Shown here: one piece after another, positions 9,202 to 18,261 of the stretch
How the letters are laid out: each line of letters starts with the position of its first letter
Numbering within the stretch: the first letter of the stretch is position 1
Source: Phycisphaerae bacterium
GTDB lineage: Bacteria > Planctomycetota > Phycisphaerae > UBA1845
Length of the DNA stretch: 34,464 bases
Assembly: GCA_050050135.1 (NCBI GenBank)
Contig: JASFUW010000003.1
Coordinates: forward strand, 1 to 34,464
Direction: 5' to 3'
Position numbers and translations under genes: made by a program
Notes under the pieces: generated by a model
Seen by the model: the letters and a program-made list of their open reading frames with translations, nothing else
Told to the model about the DNA's origin: nothing
Databases searched by the model: none

Positions 9202-12200
9202 TCACGGCCGGCGTCCCCTTCCGCTTGAAGCCGGTCGACGACGGCTGCTGGACGAACTCTTGCGCGTGGTGGAGGACGCGCCTTCGCCGCGCAGGCGCTC
9301 GATCAAGCTGGTGAGTTCGTCTGCCGGGACCGTATCGATCGTGATCACGGCCATGCTTCGCCCGCTCATGGGGCCCATTTCTTCCATTTCTCGAGCCAGC
9401 TTCTCCGCATCGTCGAACAGCTCCGGAGAGCCCGCGAAGACCAGAGAGATCGTCCGACGATCCGGCGTCACGGTTATGCTCGGTACGTCACGACGCCCCT
9501 TACCTGAGGTGGCACGTGCGGAAGCACCGTTATTGATCACACTCTCGACGGTCTCGGCCATCTCGGTGACGTTGACACCGGGGGCCAACTGGACGATTCG
9601 GAAGTTGGTACCGCCGGCAGCCTCTTCGGTGTCGAGTTTTTCAACCAGGGACTGGATGGCGCTCAAATCCGCCCGGCCGGCGCTGACGATCAGGTTCTTC
9701 TGGGACTCGTCGGCTGTGATGACGGGGGTTCTCTGCCCTTTCATGGTTCGGCCCTTGGCCTCGACGATCGCCTCCTGCAAAGTGGGTAGTATCTGCCCCG
9801 CAGTTACGTGCTTGAGCGGGATGAGCTGTGGTTCCGTCTGGTCCTTGGCAGCTTCATCGAGCTTGTGAATCTGCTCTTCCAAGTCGTTCACGCGTTCGAG
9901 GCTTCCGCTGACGAGCATCGCGTTACTGCTCGCGAGCGGAGCGAGCTTGATGTTTCCGACCAGCTCCTTGCCTCGCCCTGAAGGCTTTTGTAGTGCCTGC
10001 TCCATGGCACGTTGCATTTCGGTCGCATCACCGTAGAGCAGGGTGACCACGCGGACCTCTTCGGCGCCGGCGGCGGCCTCGCTGTCCAGTTCCTTGATCG
10101 CCGCGTCGATGTCGGCGAAGTCCTGCTCGTTGCACTTGACGAGAAGGGCCTTGGACCCCCCTACCGCCGAGATCGAGATCGGCTGGGGGCCGCCGCGCGG
10201 TCGGGCGGCGGAGCGGATGAAGACCTCCGTCAGCGTGCGTGACATCGACTCGGCATCGGCGTTTTCCAGCGTGACGACGTGAACTTGTTCCTCCGCGCTG
10301 GTCTCGCTATCGAATTCCTCCAGAAAGGCTTCGATGCGCTTCAGGTTGGCGGGTGACGCAGAGACCACGACGGACGAAGTTTCGTGATCGCCGATAGCGG
10401 CGACCTGGTCGCGGGGGCTGCGGCCGCCGCGGAACAACCTGGTGATGGCTTCCTGGGCGATGTAGGGATCGGCGTTATTCAAGTGGAAGCTCTTTACCTG
10501 TTGCATGCCGGTCAGGTCAGGCTCGACGTCGAGCGATTCGATCAACACGGTCAGCTCGAGCATTTCGTCGCGGGTGGCCGAGATCAGGAGGGAGTTCGAG
10601 GCGACATCCGGGGTTATTTGAACGGCTTGTTCGCCGCGGCGCGTGGGTCTTTGTCCGCGATAGACCTGTTGCAGAGCCCGGGCGGTCTCGTCGGCGCTTG
10701 CGTGTTGAAGCTTGTAGGTGTGGAGTTCCTTGGTCAGTGTGGACTCGACGTCCACCTTCTCGATGAAGGCCTTGATAATCGCGTGGGTCTTTGCCGGAGC
10801 GGTGACGATCACCGATTGGGTGGCCCATTCCGGGGACGAGGTCACCTGTTGTGATGGGCTCGGCTGCGAGCGGACATCCCACCGAAACATATTGAGAATG
10901 ACGCCGTTGACACTGCCGGGGTCGGCATACTGGAGGGGATAGACCTCGGTGACGCGTTCGGCCTCCAAGGGCGATTCGATGTCGATCTCGGTGAGCAGAG
11001 CCTCAATCTCGGCGAGCTCTTCGTCGTTAACGTTGGCGACGATGGAGTTGGTCTTGGCGTCTGCGACGAATGCCGGTCCCTGGTCGCCGCGTGTTCGGCG
11101 GGTCACCTGCCGGAACAATTGTGTGAACTGGTTGGCCACCTCGGCGGCCGAGGCGTGGGTAAGCCGCAGCACGTGTCGCCCGCGCTGCCTGGTGGCGACG
11201 GTCTCGTCGTCGAGCCCGTCGAGCAGGTCCTTGATGATCATGTGGTTGGATTCGGACGCGGAGACGACGACGGACTGGGTGCCCTGCTCGGCGAAAGCGG
11301 TAACGACGTCGCGTGGGGCCTGTCTGCCCTTGGTTTGCGAGCGTGATCTGGCCCACTGGTTGATGATGTTGACGACGGCGTTGGGGTCGGCGTACTTGAT
11401 GGCGTAGATCTTCATCGCTGTCGCGCTGATGGCGGCGATGTCTTCGCGGTCGAGCTCGGCGACGCGCTGCCGGACCATCTGCATGTTCGTCTCGGACGCC
11501 TGGACGACGACCTGTTTGGTGTCGGTCACCGGTGTTACGACCACGGTGTAGTCGAGGGGGGGCACGTTGGCCCCGCGCCCGAGCCCCTTCATGGCGCGGG
11601 CCTTGTCCTCGAAGATGCGGTTGAGCGATTCGGCGACCGCTTCGGGCTCGGCGAATTCGAGCGTGATGGTCTCGGTCTGGAGCTTGAGCGCTTCCTGGGC
11701 TTCGAGCGGGTCGATGACCTCGCTTTTGATCTCGTCGAGCTGGGCCTGGGTCCCGCGGACGATGAGCATGTTGAGGGAGCGGTTGGCTTCGGCGGTGGGC
11801 GGTATCTCGCCTTGTGCCAGGTTTCTGCCACTCCAGAGGCGGTTGATGTTCTGTGCCACTTCTGTGGCGTCGCCGTTTTGCAGGTGGATCATCAAGAAGC
11901 CGGGCGGGCTTTTGGCGTAGGCGGGGACGTCGACCTTTGCCAGGTTCTCTTCGATGAACCCGAACACGGCCGGTCCGCCGAGGGCGATGATGGCGTTGGC
12001 CTTGTCGTCGACCTCGACGCTGAATGCCTCGATGTTGGCACCGCGTCCCATGCGCCGCATGTAGTCTGCAATCAGCTTGGTCATCAGGGTGTGGACCTGG
12101 CGGGCGTCGGCGTATTTCAGCGGGTAGATGCGGAACTCGAAGCCGATTTCGCGCGGCTTGTCCAATGACTCGACGAGCGACTCGATCTCGGCGAACATGG

Positions 12201-15200
12201 TGTCGTCGGCCACGACGAAGAGTGTCTTGCTGGGGTCATCGCCGGTGATGGTGAACTGGGTGCCGCCCGATTGACCACCGCCCCGTCGGCCTCGGCTTCC
12301 GCCTCGTCCGCCGTACGCGGTCTGGATCGCCTCCGCGACCTCGGACGCCTGGGCGTGGAGGACGGGGATGACACGAACGGTGTCCGTAATCTCCGCCTCG
12401 GACTCCAACCGGGCGATGGTCTCGTCGATCAGGTCGCGCTGATTGCTAGGGGCGGTGAAGATCAGCATCCGGCTGCCCTCCTCGCCGATGAACACGGGGC
12501 CGGTCTCGTCGCCGGCGGTGGTGGTCCCGCGTCGCGGGCGGCCTCTGCGGCTCGGTGTGCTCCGTTTGCCGGTGAACATCTGGGTGAGGGTGTCGGCGAC
12601 GGCGCCGGCGTCGGCGTGCTTGAGGACGACGTGCTCCCACTGGCGGTCGTCCTTGACGTCGAGGCGGGCGATGATGTCGTCGATCTCCTCGAAGTCGTCT
12701 TCGAGGGCAAGGACGGTGATCATATTGAGCCGCGGGAAGGGAATGAACGTCGGCGCGGTCAGGATACCGGTCGCCCCGCTCGATGATGCATCCCTGCCGC
12801 CCCGCCGCCCACCGCGTGGTCTGGTGGGCTCGTCGCCGTAATGGGTTTCGAGGTATCCGACGACCTCATCCGCATCGGCGTGCTCAAGTTCATAGTACCT
12901 AGCCACTCGTTCGTGAACTTCGGCGGTCTCGAGCTGCTCGATGATGTTCTCGATATAGTCCAAAGCCACCCGCGGCGCGACGGCGATGATCGTGTTCGCG
13001 GTCTCGTTGCTGTGCAGGCTGATGTCCTCGGGATCGATGCCCAGCAGGTCGCCTGTCTTGGTCTCTTGCAGGATGGTCTCGGGGAGTTGACTGCCGGGGC
13101 CGGTGGTGGAGACGGTCGCCTGGGGTTGTGCGCCACGCCGCGTCCGACGGGACCGACTCACCCTTCGGGGCTGCTCGTCGAGACCGAGGATGTCCTTGAG
13201 CATTTCTTCGACTTCGGCGGCGTTGAGTTTTTCGAGACGGAAGATGCGCATTTCACTGTCGATCGGCTTGGGCCGATCGATGGTGGCGAGGAGTTCCAAC
13301 AACGCCGAGTACTGGCTGGTATCCGCGCGGAAGATCAGGGTTCGATCGCGTTCGTTGGCGTAGACCCGAACCGCGGTTTCGGGCAACTGCGGCGCGGCAG
13401 GCGTTGCGGTCGGTTGGGCACCGCGACGTCCGCGACCGGGCTGCTGGTCCTCCTGATCGTCCCGGCCTGGCTGCTGTTGACGGGCCCGTTGTTGCTGCAG
13501 TCGGGCCTGTTGTCGAGCCCGCTGGGCTGCCAAACGCTGCTGCTGGACCATCATCTGCCGCTGCTGACGCGTGGCGTTGTACATTTCATTGATGATGTCC
13601 GCGGCGGTGTTGACGTCGATATAGCGGACGCGGTACACACGGATGTCGGGCCTGGCCGTTGTCTCATCACCGAGGTCCTCATCGATCTCCGTGACCCAGT
13701 CCGGTACCTCGTCGACGACGCTGGCCTGTCCGTTGATATAGAGCACACCCTCTTCATCATCGTATTCGATGATGACCTTCTCTTCGTCCATAAGGGAGGT
13801 GGCCACATCGACCAGCTCTCGGTCGGTCTCTTCCGGCGCGTGGTGCGCGGTTTCTTCCGCCGGGTCCTGCGCGGTCTCGTCCGGTGGGTCCTGCGCGGTG
13901 ACGGTGACGGCGAGCGCGTCAACCATACGGGTGAATCCGGTTGGAAGAACGCACGGGGTCGGCTGTGGCGGAACGGCTTCCCGCGTTGTCGGTTCCGGGA
14001 TCAAGCGTGTGAGCCCGTATTCCTCCGTCGGGCCTTCGCGAAGGTTTTTGATCTGGATGTCCAATTCGGGATGCGTCGCCTGCAGTAGGTATGCCAGCTC
14101 TTTGGCAGTAAGTTTCTTCGGGACTCGAACCGTCTTCCGGATCTTCTTCATTTGATCGGGGTCAGGCTTGTCGACATACTCCCGGATGATCGCCCTGATC
14201 TCGTCGAAGCGCTCTTCATAGGGATACTTGACGACCAGGTAATCGCCCCAGAACGCCTCCTCGACCTTGGGCAGTTCCCCGGGGTAAGACCAGAGCTGCT
14301 CGATGGCCATCTCCGCGTTAAAGACCGCATCGAAGGCGTCGGTGTATCTCAGCTCGTAGGTGAAACTCGGAATGACCGGTGCGCTGGTGACCCCAAGCTC
14401 GTCCTCACTGTCGAACCGCGAGATGGTGTCCTCGATCTCGGCCATCTTCGCCGGGGTGGTGGATACGAGCAAGGTTCGGGAAATCAGGTCGGCCTGCATG
14501 TATAGCTGGTCGCCGTCCCATGTCTTGGTGGAGGCGAACTCGTCCTCTTCCTCCGGCTCGGCGCGTCTTCCGCGGCGGGTGGACGGCTTCGCTCCGGGAC
14601 GCACGATCGGGGTATCCACGGTGTGGATGATGAGCTCGCCGAGTCTGATGAGGTCGGCGTTGGCGATTTCGAATACACGGAGGGCTCGACCGGAGGTTGC
14701 GCGGGCGTCGAGGCGCTCAATCCAACCGACAACTTCGTCGACCTCGGGGCGTTCGCCTCGAAGAACGACAGCTTGACCACCGGGCGCTTCGGCGATGGTC
14801 AGGGCGGTGTACTCGTCCGCCGATCCGGCGGAAGCCTTGCCTTTCGCCCTTCGGGTCGTCGGTCGGGTGGGCGCGCCGCGCATCTCCTTGACGGCTTTTA
14901 CGACGTCGGGCGCCGTGGCGTGTTTTAGCTCGACGAGCTGGACGACGACCTCCTGGTCGTCACCGGGCAGGTCGAACTGGGCGATCAACGTCTTGGCCTC
15001 ATCGATGATGAGCTGCTCGGCGGAGATGACCACGCGACTGCTGCGGGGGTCGGCGAGGATGTGGAAACGCTCCGGCCTGTCGCCGGGTCGCCTCGCGCGT
15101 GTCTTGGATGATGTCCCCGGTGTGGCACTCGGATCAAGCGCGGGGTCCAGCTCTCCGCCGACGGCGAGTTCACGCACCTTCATGTTCAGAAGCGGCGTGA

Positions 15201-18159
15201 TCTGCTCGACGAGTTCGTCGGGATCGGCGAACTTGACCTCGATGAACTCGGTGAAGACCGGTTCGGGTGTGCTTCCGATGCTGAGGACGGCGATGTATTC
15301 GTCGATCTGATCGAAGTCCTCCGAGGGGGCGATGACGAGAAGCTGGCCGATGCCCGGCTGGGCGATGAACCGCGGCGCTTCCCCGGCGGCGGACTTTGCT
15401 CTGCCCTTCGACGATCGCGATCGCGGCGCTGCGGTGGCCATCAGCGACTTCAGCGTCTCGGCGATGTCCTCAATGTCCGCACCCGAGGGGAAGTCCTTGT
15501 AGACTTTCAGTTCGGTCCGGGAATCTTCGACGTCGAACTGCTCGATCAGGGCGGCGACGCGCTCCATTTTTTCGGGCGTGGCGCGCACGATCAGGCGGGT
15601 CCCCAACTCGACGATGGTCAGGTCGGGTGAGATGGTCGGCGAAGCGGCGGCGGCGGCTTGTGCCGCCTTTGATGATCTCCTCCGCGACGGCCTGCCCGCG
15701 TCACCGTCTGCGACGAGCGTTTCGATGAGGGTTTTGATATCACCGGGGTCGGCGTAGCGGATGTCGAACGTGCGTTCCTCGATGTTGACCGGTCGATCGA
15801 TCTCGGCGATCACGTCTTTGATCTGTTCGAGCTGGGTGGGGCTGGCGCCGGTCACGAGGACCGCTTCCTCCGACGGCATGAAACCGACGTTCCAGTCTTG
15901 CCCGGCGATCTCGAAGAAAGCGGGGAGGAGTTCGACGGCTTCGTCCGGGGTGATGTGCTGAAGAGAAAGGCGAACGAAGAGTGGTTCCTCGCTGCCAACC
16001 TCTTCGAGCGAATCGATGATGGGTTTGTACTCTTCCCACTGCTCGTTCGAGCACAACACGTAGAGCCGGCCGGCGTCGTCATCGGGGGTGAACTTGGAGG
16101 CGGTCATCGGGCGTGTACGGCGGCGGCGGGAGGTTCGGGTCTTCGGTTTCGGTGAAGGCGTTGGCGTCGCCTGCGGGGCTGATTCCTGCTCATACTCGCG
16201 GAGGATGCTGGCGACGAAGGACGGGAGCTGATAGGTCAACTCGACGACCCGCAGCTCGACCTCGGCATGGGGAACGTCGAGCTGTTTGACCCAGTTCATG
16301 ACCTGGTTGTACTTGGCGTTGCTTCCGGCGTACCACATGCGGGAGTCATCGTTGGCGTCGGGCACGAGCTGGAAGTCGGCCGGTCCCTTGCCGCGCTCGG
16401 GGTCTGAGGTGACGGTGGGGATGAAGGTTGCCAGCTCTATGGCAGACGCGTGGTTCAGGACAATCTCTATGGGGGGTGCAGACGGCTGGTCGAACTGGGT
16501 GACGTATTTGCGTATCTCGTCGATGTCTTCCTTCTCGCCGATGGCGATGATGGCGTCGGCTGAGGGGTGGGCGATCATGGTCAGCCCGCCCGCGGTCGCC
16601 GAGGTTGTGGGCGTCTGGTCCTTTGCTCCCCGTCGTCGGCGCGAGGGTCGCGCGCGGGTGGATGGGGTGGCGCCGTCTTCGGACGACGAAGCCACGAGGA
16701 TGTCCTCGATGATCTCAATCAGTTCGCCGGGGTCGGCGTGCTGGAGGGGGATCACGACGGGCTCTCCTTCGGGCTGTGGCACGTCGATGTAGGGCAGGAG
16801 CATTTTGATCTCCTGGATCTTGTCCTGCATCGCCCTGACGAGGAGGTACCCGCGGGTGTCGTTGGGCCAGAGCCCGACCTCCGGTTCGAGCATGTTGTCG
16901 AGTCGACTCTGGTCCTTTCCCCCGCCCCGGCGGGAGGCGGTGCTTCGGGTGCGTGCGCCGCCGCCGTCGATGTCCATCATTTCGGAAAGCGTGGCGAGCG
17001 CTTCGCTGGGCGCGATGTGCTCGACGGGAATGATCTCGAGCGTTCGTGGATCGTTGCTGCCGCCGACGAAGATGCGCTTGAACTCGAAGTACTTCTCGAT
17101 GTCGTCCACGAATGCGTAAATGGTGACCGCGTTGCGGTCCTCGATGGGGGTAACGCGGAGGTAGTCGGGCATGAAGTCGCGGACGATGCGCAGATCAGCG
17201 ACGGAGCCTGATTTGGGGGTATAGATGACGAGCACGAGTTCGTCGTCGGGGAGGCCGGCGGCGCGGAAATCCTCGAGCGTTCGGTACATGCGTGTGGGAG
17301 GCAGCTTGCGCAGATAGTCGTTGACCCGGACGACCTCGAGGTGCTTCTCGTGGCGGATTAGATAGTAGGGGTCGTGGGGTTTGTAGTGGCGGAGCAACAT
17401 CCGTACGCGGCTGAACGCCGCCTCGTAGGCGAGTTCCTCGTCCGTAACGAAATTGACTTTCCCGTCCTTTGGTGCCGCGCCTATGACACCCAGTCCGGTT
17501 TGTCGGGCGAACGCGGTGACCAGTTGCTCGTAGCTACCGTCGGCGATGCTGAACGAGTAGATCTTATCCTCGGGCGTGATTTCGCTTAGGGTCGGTTCGA
17601 CATCAAGCGTGGTGGTGTCACCGGATTCGCCTCTACCGGTGACGTCAGGCGGCATGTCGGTGCCCCGGTCGGGCGTCCGACCGGGCCGACTTCCCGTTGG
17701 TCTGCGGGTCGGGGTTCGCGGGTCCTGGTTGTTGCCCCTGCCCGCGGTCGGGTTCGGGCGTGTCGCTCTGCGGTAGCGTTCAGGGACGGTCGGCGTGGTC
17801 TTGGGGTCTTGTTGCGGACGTCGGGTTCCCGCCCTTTCGAGCAACTTCTCGAGATTCTTCTGCGACGCGGGACTGAGTCTGGGCTTGTTCGGACCGCCCG
17901 GTTTGGTGATGGGTGTCTTCGGTTTGTCGGCGTCGTCGTCCGATTCATCCTCGGACTCATCGTCTGGCGGCACATCGTCGTCCGGAGGGGGATCGGCCTG
18001 TTCTTCGCCCTCTTCCGGTTCCGGGTCCGGTGCGAGCGAAGGAGCGGCCACATCGGGCGCGGTTGCCTGCGATGCCGACAAGTCGGTCGTCAGAACGGGC
18101 CCCATGGCAAGCGCGAGACCGAGTAAAAGGATGGCTCTCAACACGATTTCCCGATTCAT
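9202..18159 (-). CDS. Giant secretin N-terminal-domain repeat protein (~2985 aa): signal peptide, N0-like domain, ~30 NolW-like repeats, no secretin barrel
   Basis: Start ATG 18159 (MNREIVLRAILLLGLALAMG). N0-like segment YSFSIADGSYEQLVTAFARQTG. About 30 repeats counted by eye, e.g. IPLQHADPGEL...HPSADAIIAIG...FDQP and YPLKYADARQV...DDKANAIIALG...VDVP. No PQVxI or GDIPxxGxLF motifs. Confidence 0.9.
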   Translation of the reverse strand: MNREIVLRAILLLGLALAMGPVLTTDLSASQATAPDVAAPSLAPDPEPEEGEEQADPPPDDDVPPDDESEDESDDDADKPKTPITKPGGPNKPRLSPASQKNLEKLLERAGTRRPQQDPKTTPTVPERYRRATRPNPTAGRGNNQDPRTPTRRPTGSRPGRTPDRGTDMPPDVTGRGESGDTTTLDVEPTLSEITPEDKIYSFSIADGSYEQLVTAFARQTGLGVIGAAPKDGKVNFVTDEELAYEAAFSRVRMLLRHYKPHDPYYLIRHEKHLEVVRVNDYLRKLPPTRMYRTLEDFRAAGLPDDELVLVIYTPKSGSVADLRIVRDFMPDYLRVTPIEDRNAVTIYAFVDDIEKYFEFKRIFVGGSNDPRTLEIIPVEHIAPSEALATLSEMMDIDGGGARTRSTASRRGGGKDQSRLDNMLEPEVGLWPNDTRGYLLVRAMQDKIQEIKMLLPYIDVPQPEGEPVVIPLQHADPGELIEIIEDILVASSSEDGATPSTRARPSRRRRGAKDQTPTTSATAGGLTMIAHPSADAIIAIGEKEDIDEIRKYVTQFDQPSAPPIEIVLNHASAIELATFIPTVTSDPERGKGPADFQLVPDANDDSRMWYAGSNAKYNQVMNWVKQLDVPHAEVELRVVELTYQLPSFVASILREYEQESAPQATPTPSPKPKTRTSRRRRTRPMTASKFTPDDDAGRLYVLCSNEQWEEYKPIIDSLEEVGSEEPLFVRLSLQHITPDEAVELLPAFFEIAGQDWNVGFMPSEEAVLVTGASPTQLEQIKDVIAEIDRPVNIEERTFDIRYADPGDIKTLIETLVADGDAGRPSRRRSSKAAQAAAAASPTISPDLTIVELGTRLIVRATPEKMERVAALIEQFDVEDSRTELKVYKDFPSGADIEDIAETLKSLMATAAPRSRSSKGRAKSAAGEAPRFIAQPGIGQLLVIAPSEDFDQIDEYIAVLSIGSTPEPVFTEFIEVKFADPDELVEQITPLLNMKVRELAVGGELDPALDPSATPGTSSKTRARRPGDRPERFHILADPRSSRVVISAEQLIIDEAKTLIAQFDLPGDDQEVVVQLVELKHATAPDVVKAVKEMRGAPTRPTTRRAKGKASAGSADEYTALTIAEAPGGQAVVLRGERPEVDEVVGWIERLDARATSGRALRVFEIANADLIRLGELIIHTVDTPIVRPGAKPSTRRGRRAEPEEEDEFASTKTWDGDQLYMQADLISRTLLVSTTPAKMAEIEDTISRFDSEDELGVTSAPVIPSFTYELRYTDAFDAVFNAEMAIEQLWSYPGELPKVEEAFWGDYLVVKYPYEERFDEIRAIIREYVDKPDPDQMKKIRKTVRVPKKLTAKELAYLLQATHPELDIQIKNLREGPTEEYGLTRLIPEPTTREAVPPQPTPCVLPTGFTRMVDALAVTVTAQDPPDETAQDPAEETAHHAPEETDRELVDVATSLMDEEKVIIEYDDEEGVLYINGQASVVDEVPDWVTEIDEDLGDETTARPDIRVYRVRYIDVNTAADIINEMYNATRQQRQMMVQQQRLAAQRARQQARLQQQRARQQQPGRDDQEDQQPGRGRRGAQPTATPAAPQLPETAVRVYANERDRTLIFRADTSQYSALLELLATIDRPKPIDSEMRIFRLEKLNAAEVEEMLKDILGLDEQPRRVSRSRRTRRGAQPQATVSTTGPGSQLPETILQETKTGDLLGIDPEDISLHSNETANTIIAVAPRVALDYIENIIEQLETAEVHERVARYYELEHADADEVVGYLETHYGDEPTRPRGGRRGGRDASSSGATGILTAPTFIPFPRLNMITVLALEDDFEEIDDIIARLDVKDDRQWEHVVLKHADAGAVADTLTQMFTGKRSTPSRRGRPRRGTTTAGDETGPVFIGEEGSRMLIFTAPSNQRDLIDETIARLESEAEITDTVRVIPVLHAQASEVAEAIQTAYGGRGGSRGRRGGGQSGGTQFTITGDDPSKTLFVVADDTMFAEIESLVESLDKPREIGFEFRIYPLKYADARQVHTLMTKLIADYMRRMGRGANIEAFSVEVDDKANAIIALGGPAVFGFIEENLAKVDVPAYAKSPPGFLMIHLQNGDATEVAQNINRLWSGRNLAQGEIPPTAEANRSLNMLIVRGTQAQLDEIKSEVIDPLEAQEALKLQTETITLEFAEPEAVAESLNRIFEDKARAMKGLGRGANVPPLDYTVVVTPVTDTKQVVVQASETNMQMVRQRVAELDREDIAAISATAMKIYAIKYADPNAVVNIINQWARSRSQTKGRQAPRDVVTAFAEQGTQSVVVSASESNHMIIKDLLDGLDDETVATRQRGRHVLRLTHASAAEVANQFTQLFRQVTRRTRGDQGPAFVADAKTNSIVANVNDEELAEIEALLTEIDIESPLEAERVTEVYPLQYADPGSVNGVILNMFRWDVRSQPSPSQQVTSSPEWATQSVIVTAPAKTHAIIKAFIEKVDVESTLTKELHTYKLQHASADETARALQQVYRGQRPTRRGEQAVQITPDVASNSLLISATRDEMLELTVLIESLDVEPDLTGMQQVKSFHLNNADPYIAQEAITRLFRGGRSPRDQVAAIGDHETSSVVVSASPANLKRIEAFLEEFDSETSAEEQVHVVTLENADAESMSRTLTEVFIRSAARPRGGPQPISISAVGGSKALLVKCNEQDFADIDAAIKELDSEAAAGAEEVRVVTLLYGDATEMQRAMEQALQKPSGRGKELVGNIKLAPLASSNAMLVSGSLERVNDLEEQIHKLDEAAKDQTEPQLIPLKHVTAGQILPTLQEAIVEAKGRTMKGQRTPVITADESQKNLIVSAGRADLSAIQSLVEKLDTEEAAGGTNFRIVQLAPGVNVTEMAETVESVINNGASARATSGKGRRDVPSITVTPDRRTISLVFAGSPELFDDAEKLAREMEEMGPMSGRSMAVITIDTVPADELTSLIERLRGEGASSTTRKSSSSSRRRPASSGRGRRP

Positions 18160-18261
18160 CTCGACGTCTCCGTCCTCACGCGATTTCCGCGTGGCGGTCA
18201 AATGGCACTCAGGTGGCGGCAAGAGACGGCGGCCACTCGTTGTCGCCCCTTACGGGGCATG

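Noticed and set aside
9178-9204. Selenocysteine recoding of the in-frame TGA
   Set aside because: Only a tiny GGGC-AA-GCCC hairpin follows, there is no credible bacterial SECIS, and the context is not a redox motif
9069-9204. The split secretin as a pseudogene or sequencing artefact
   Set aside because: The downstream gene has its own RBS and a clear signal peptide, and the break lies in a loop; read-level confirmation is still desirable
5485-9228. Long plus-strand ORFs (5485-6963, 7405-9228) and similar ones (12841-14088, 17795-19057, 20990-22015, 23597-24679)
   Set aside because: Antisense shadows of well-supported minus-strand genes, expected in high-GC DNA; no recognisable motifs
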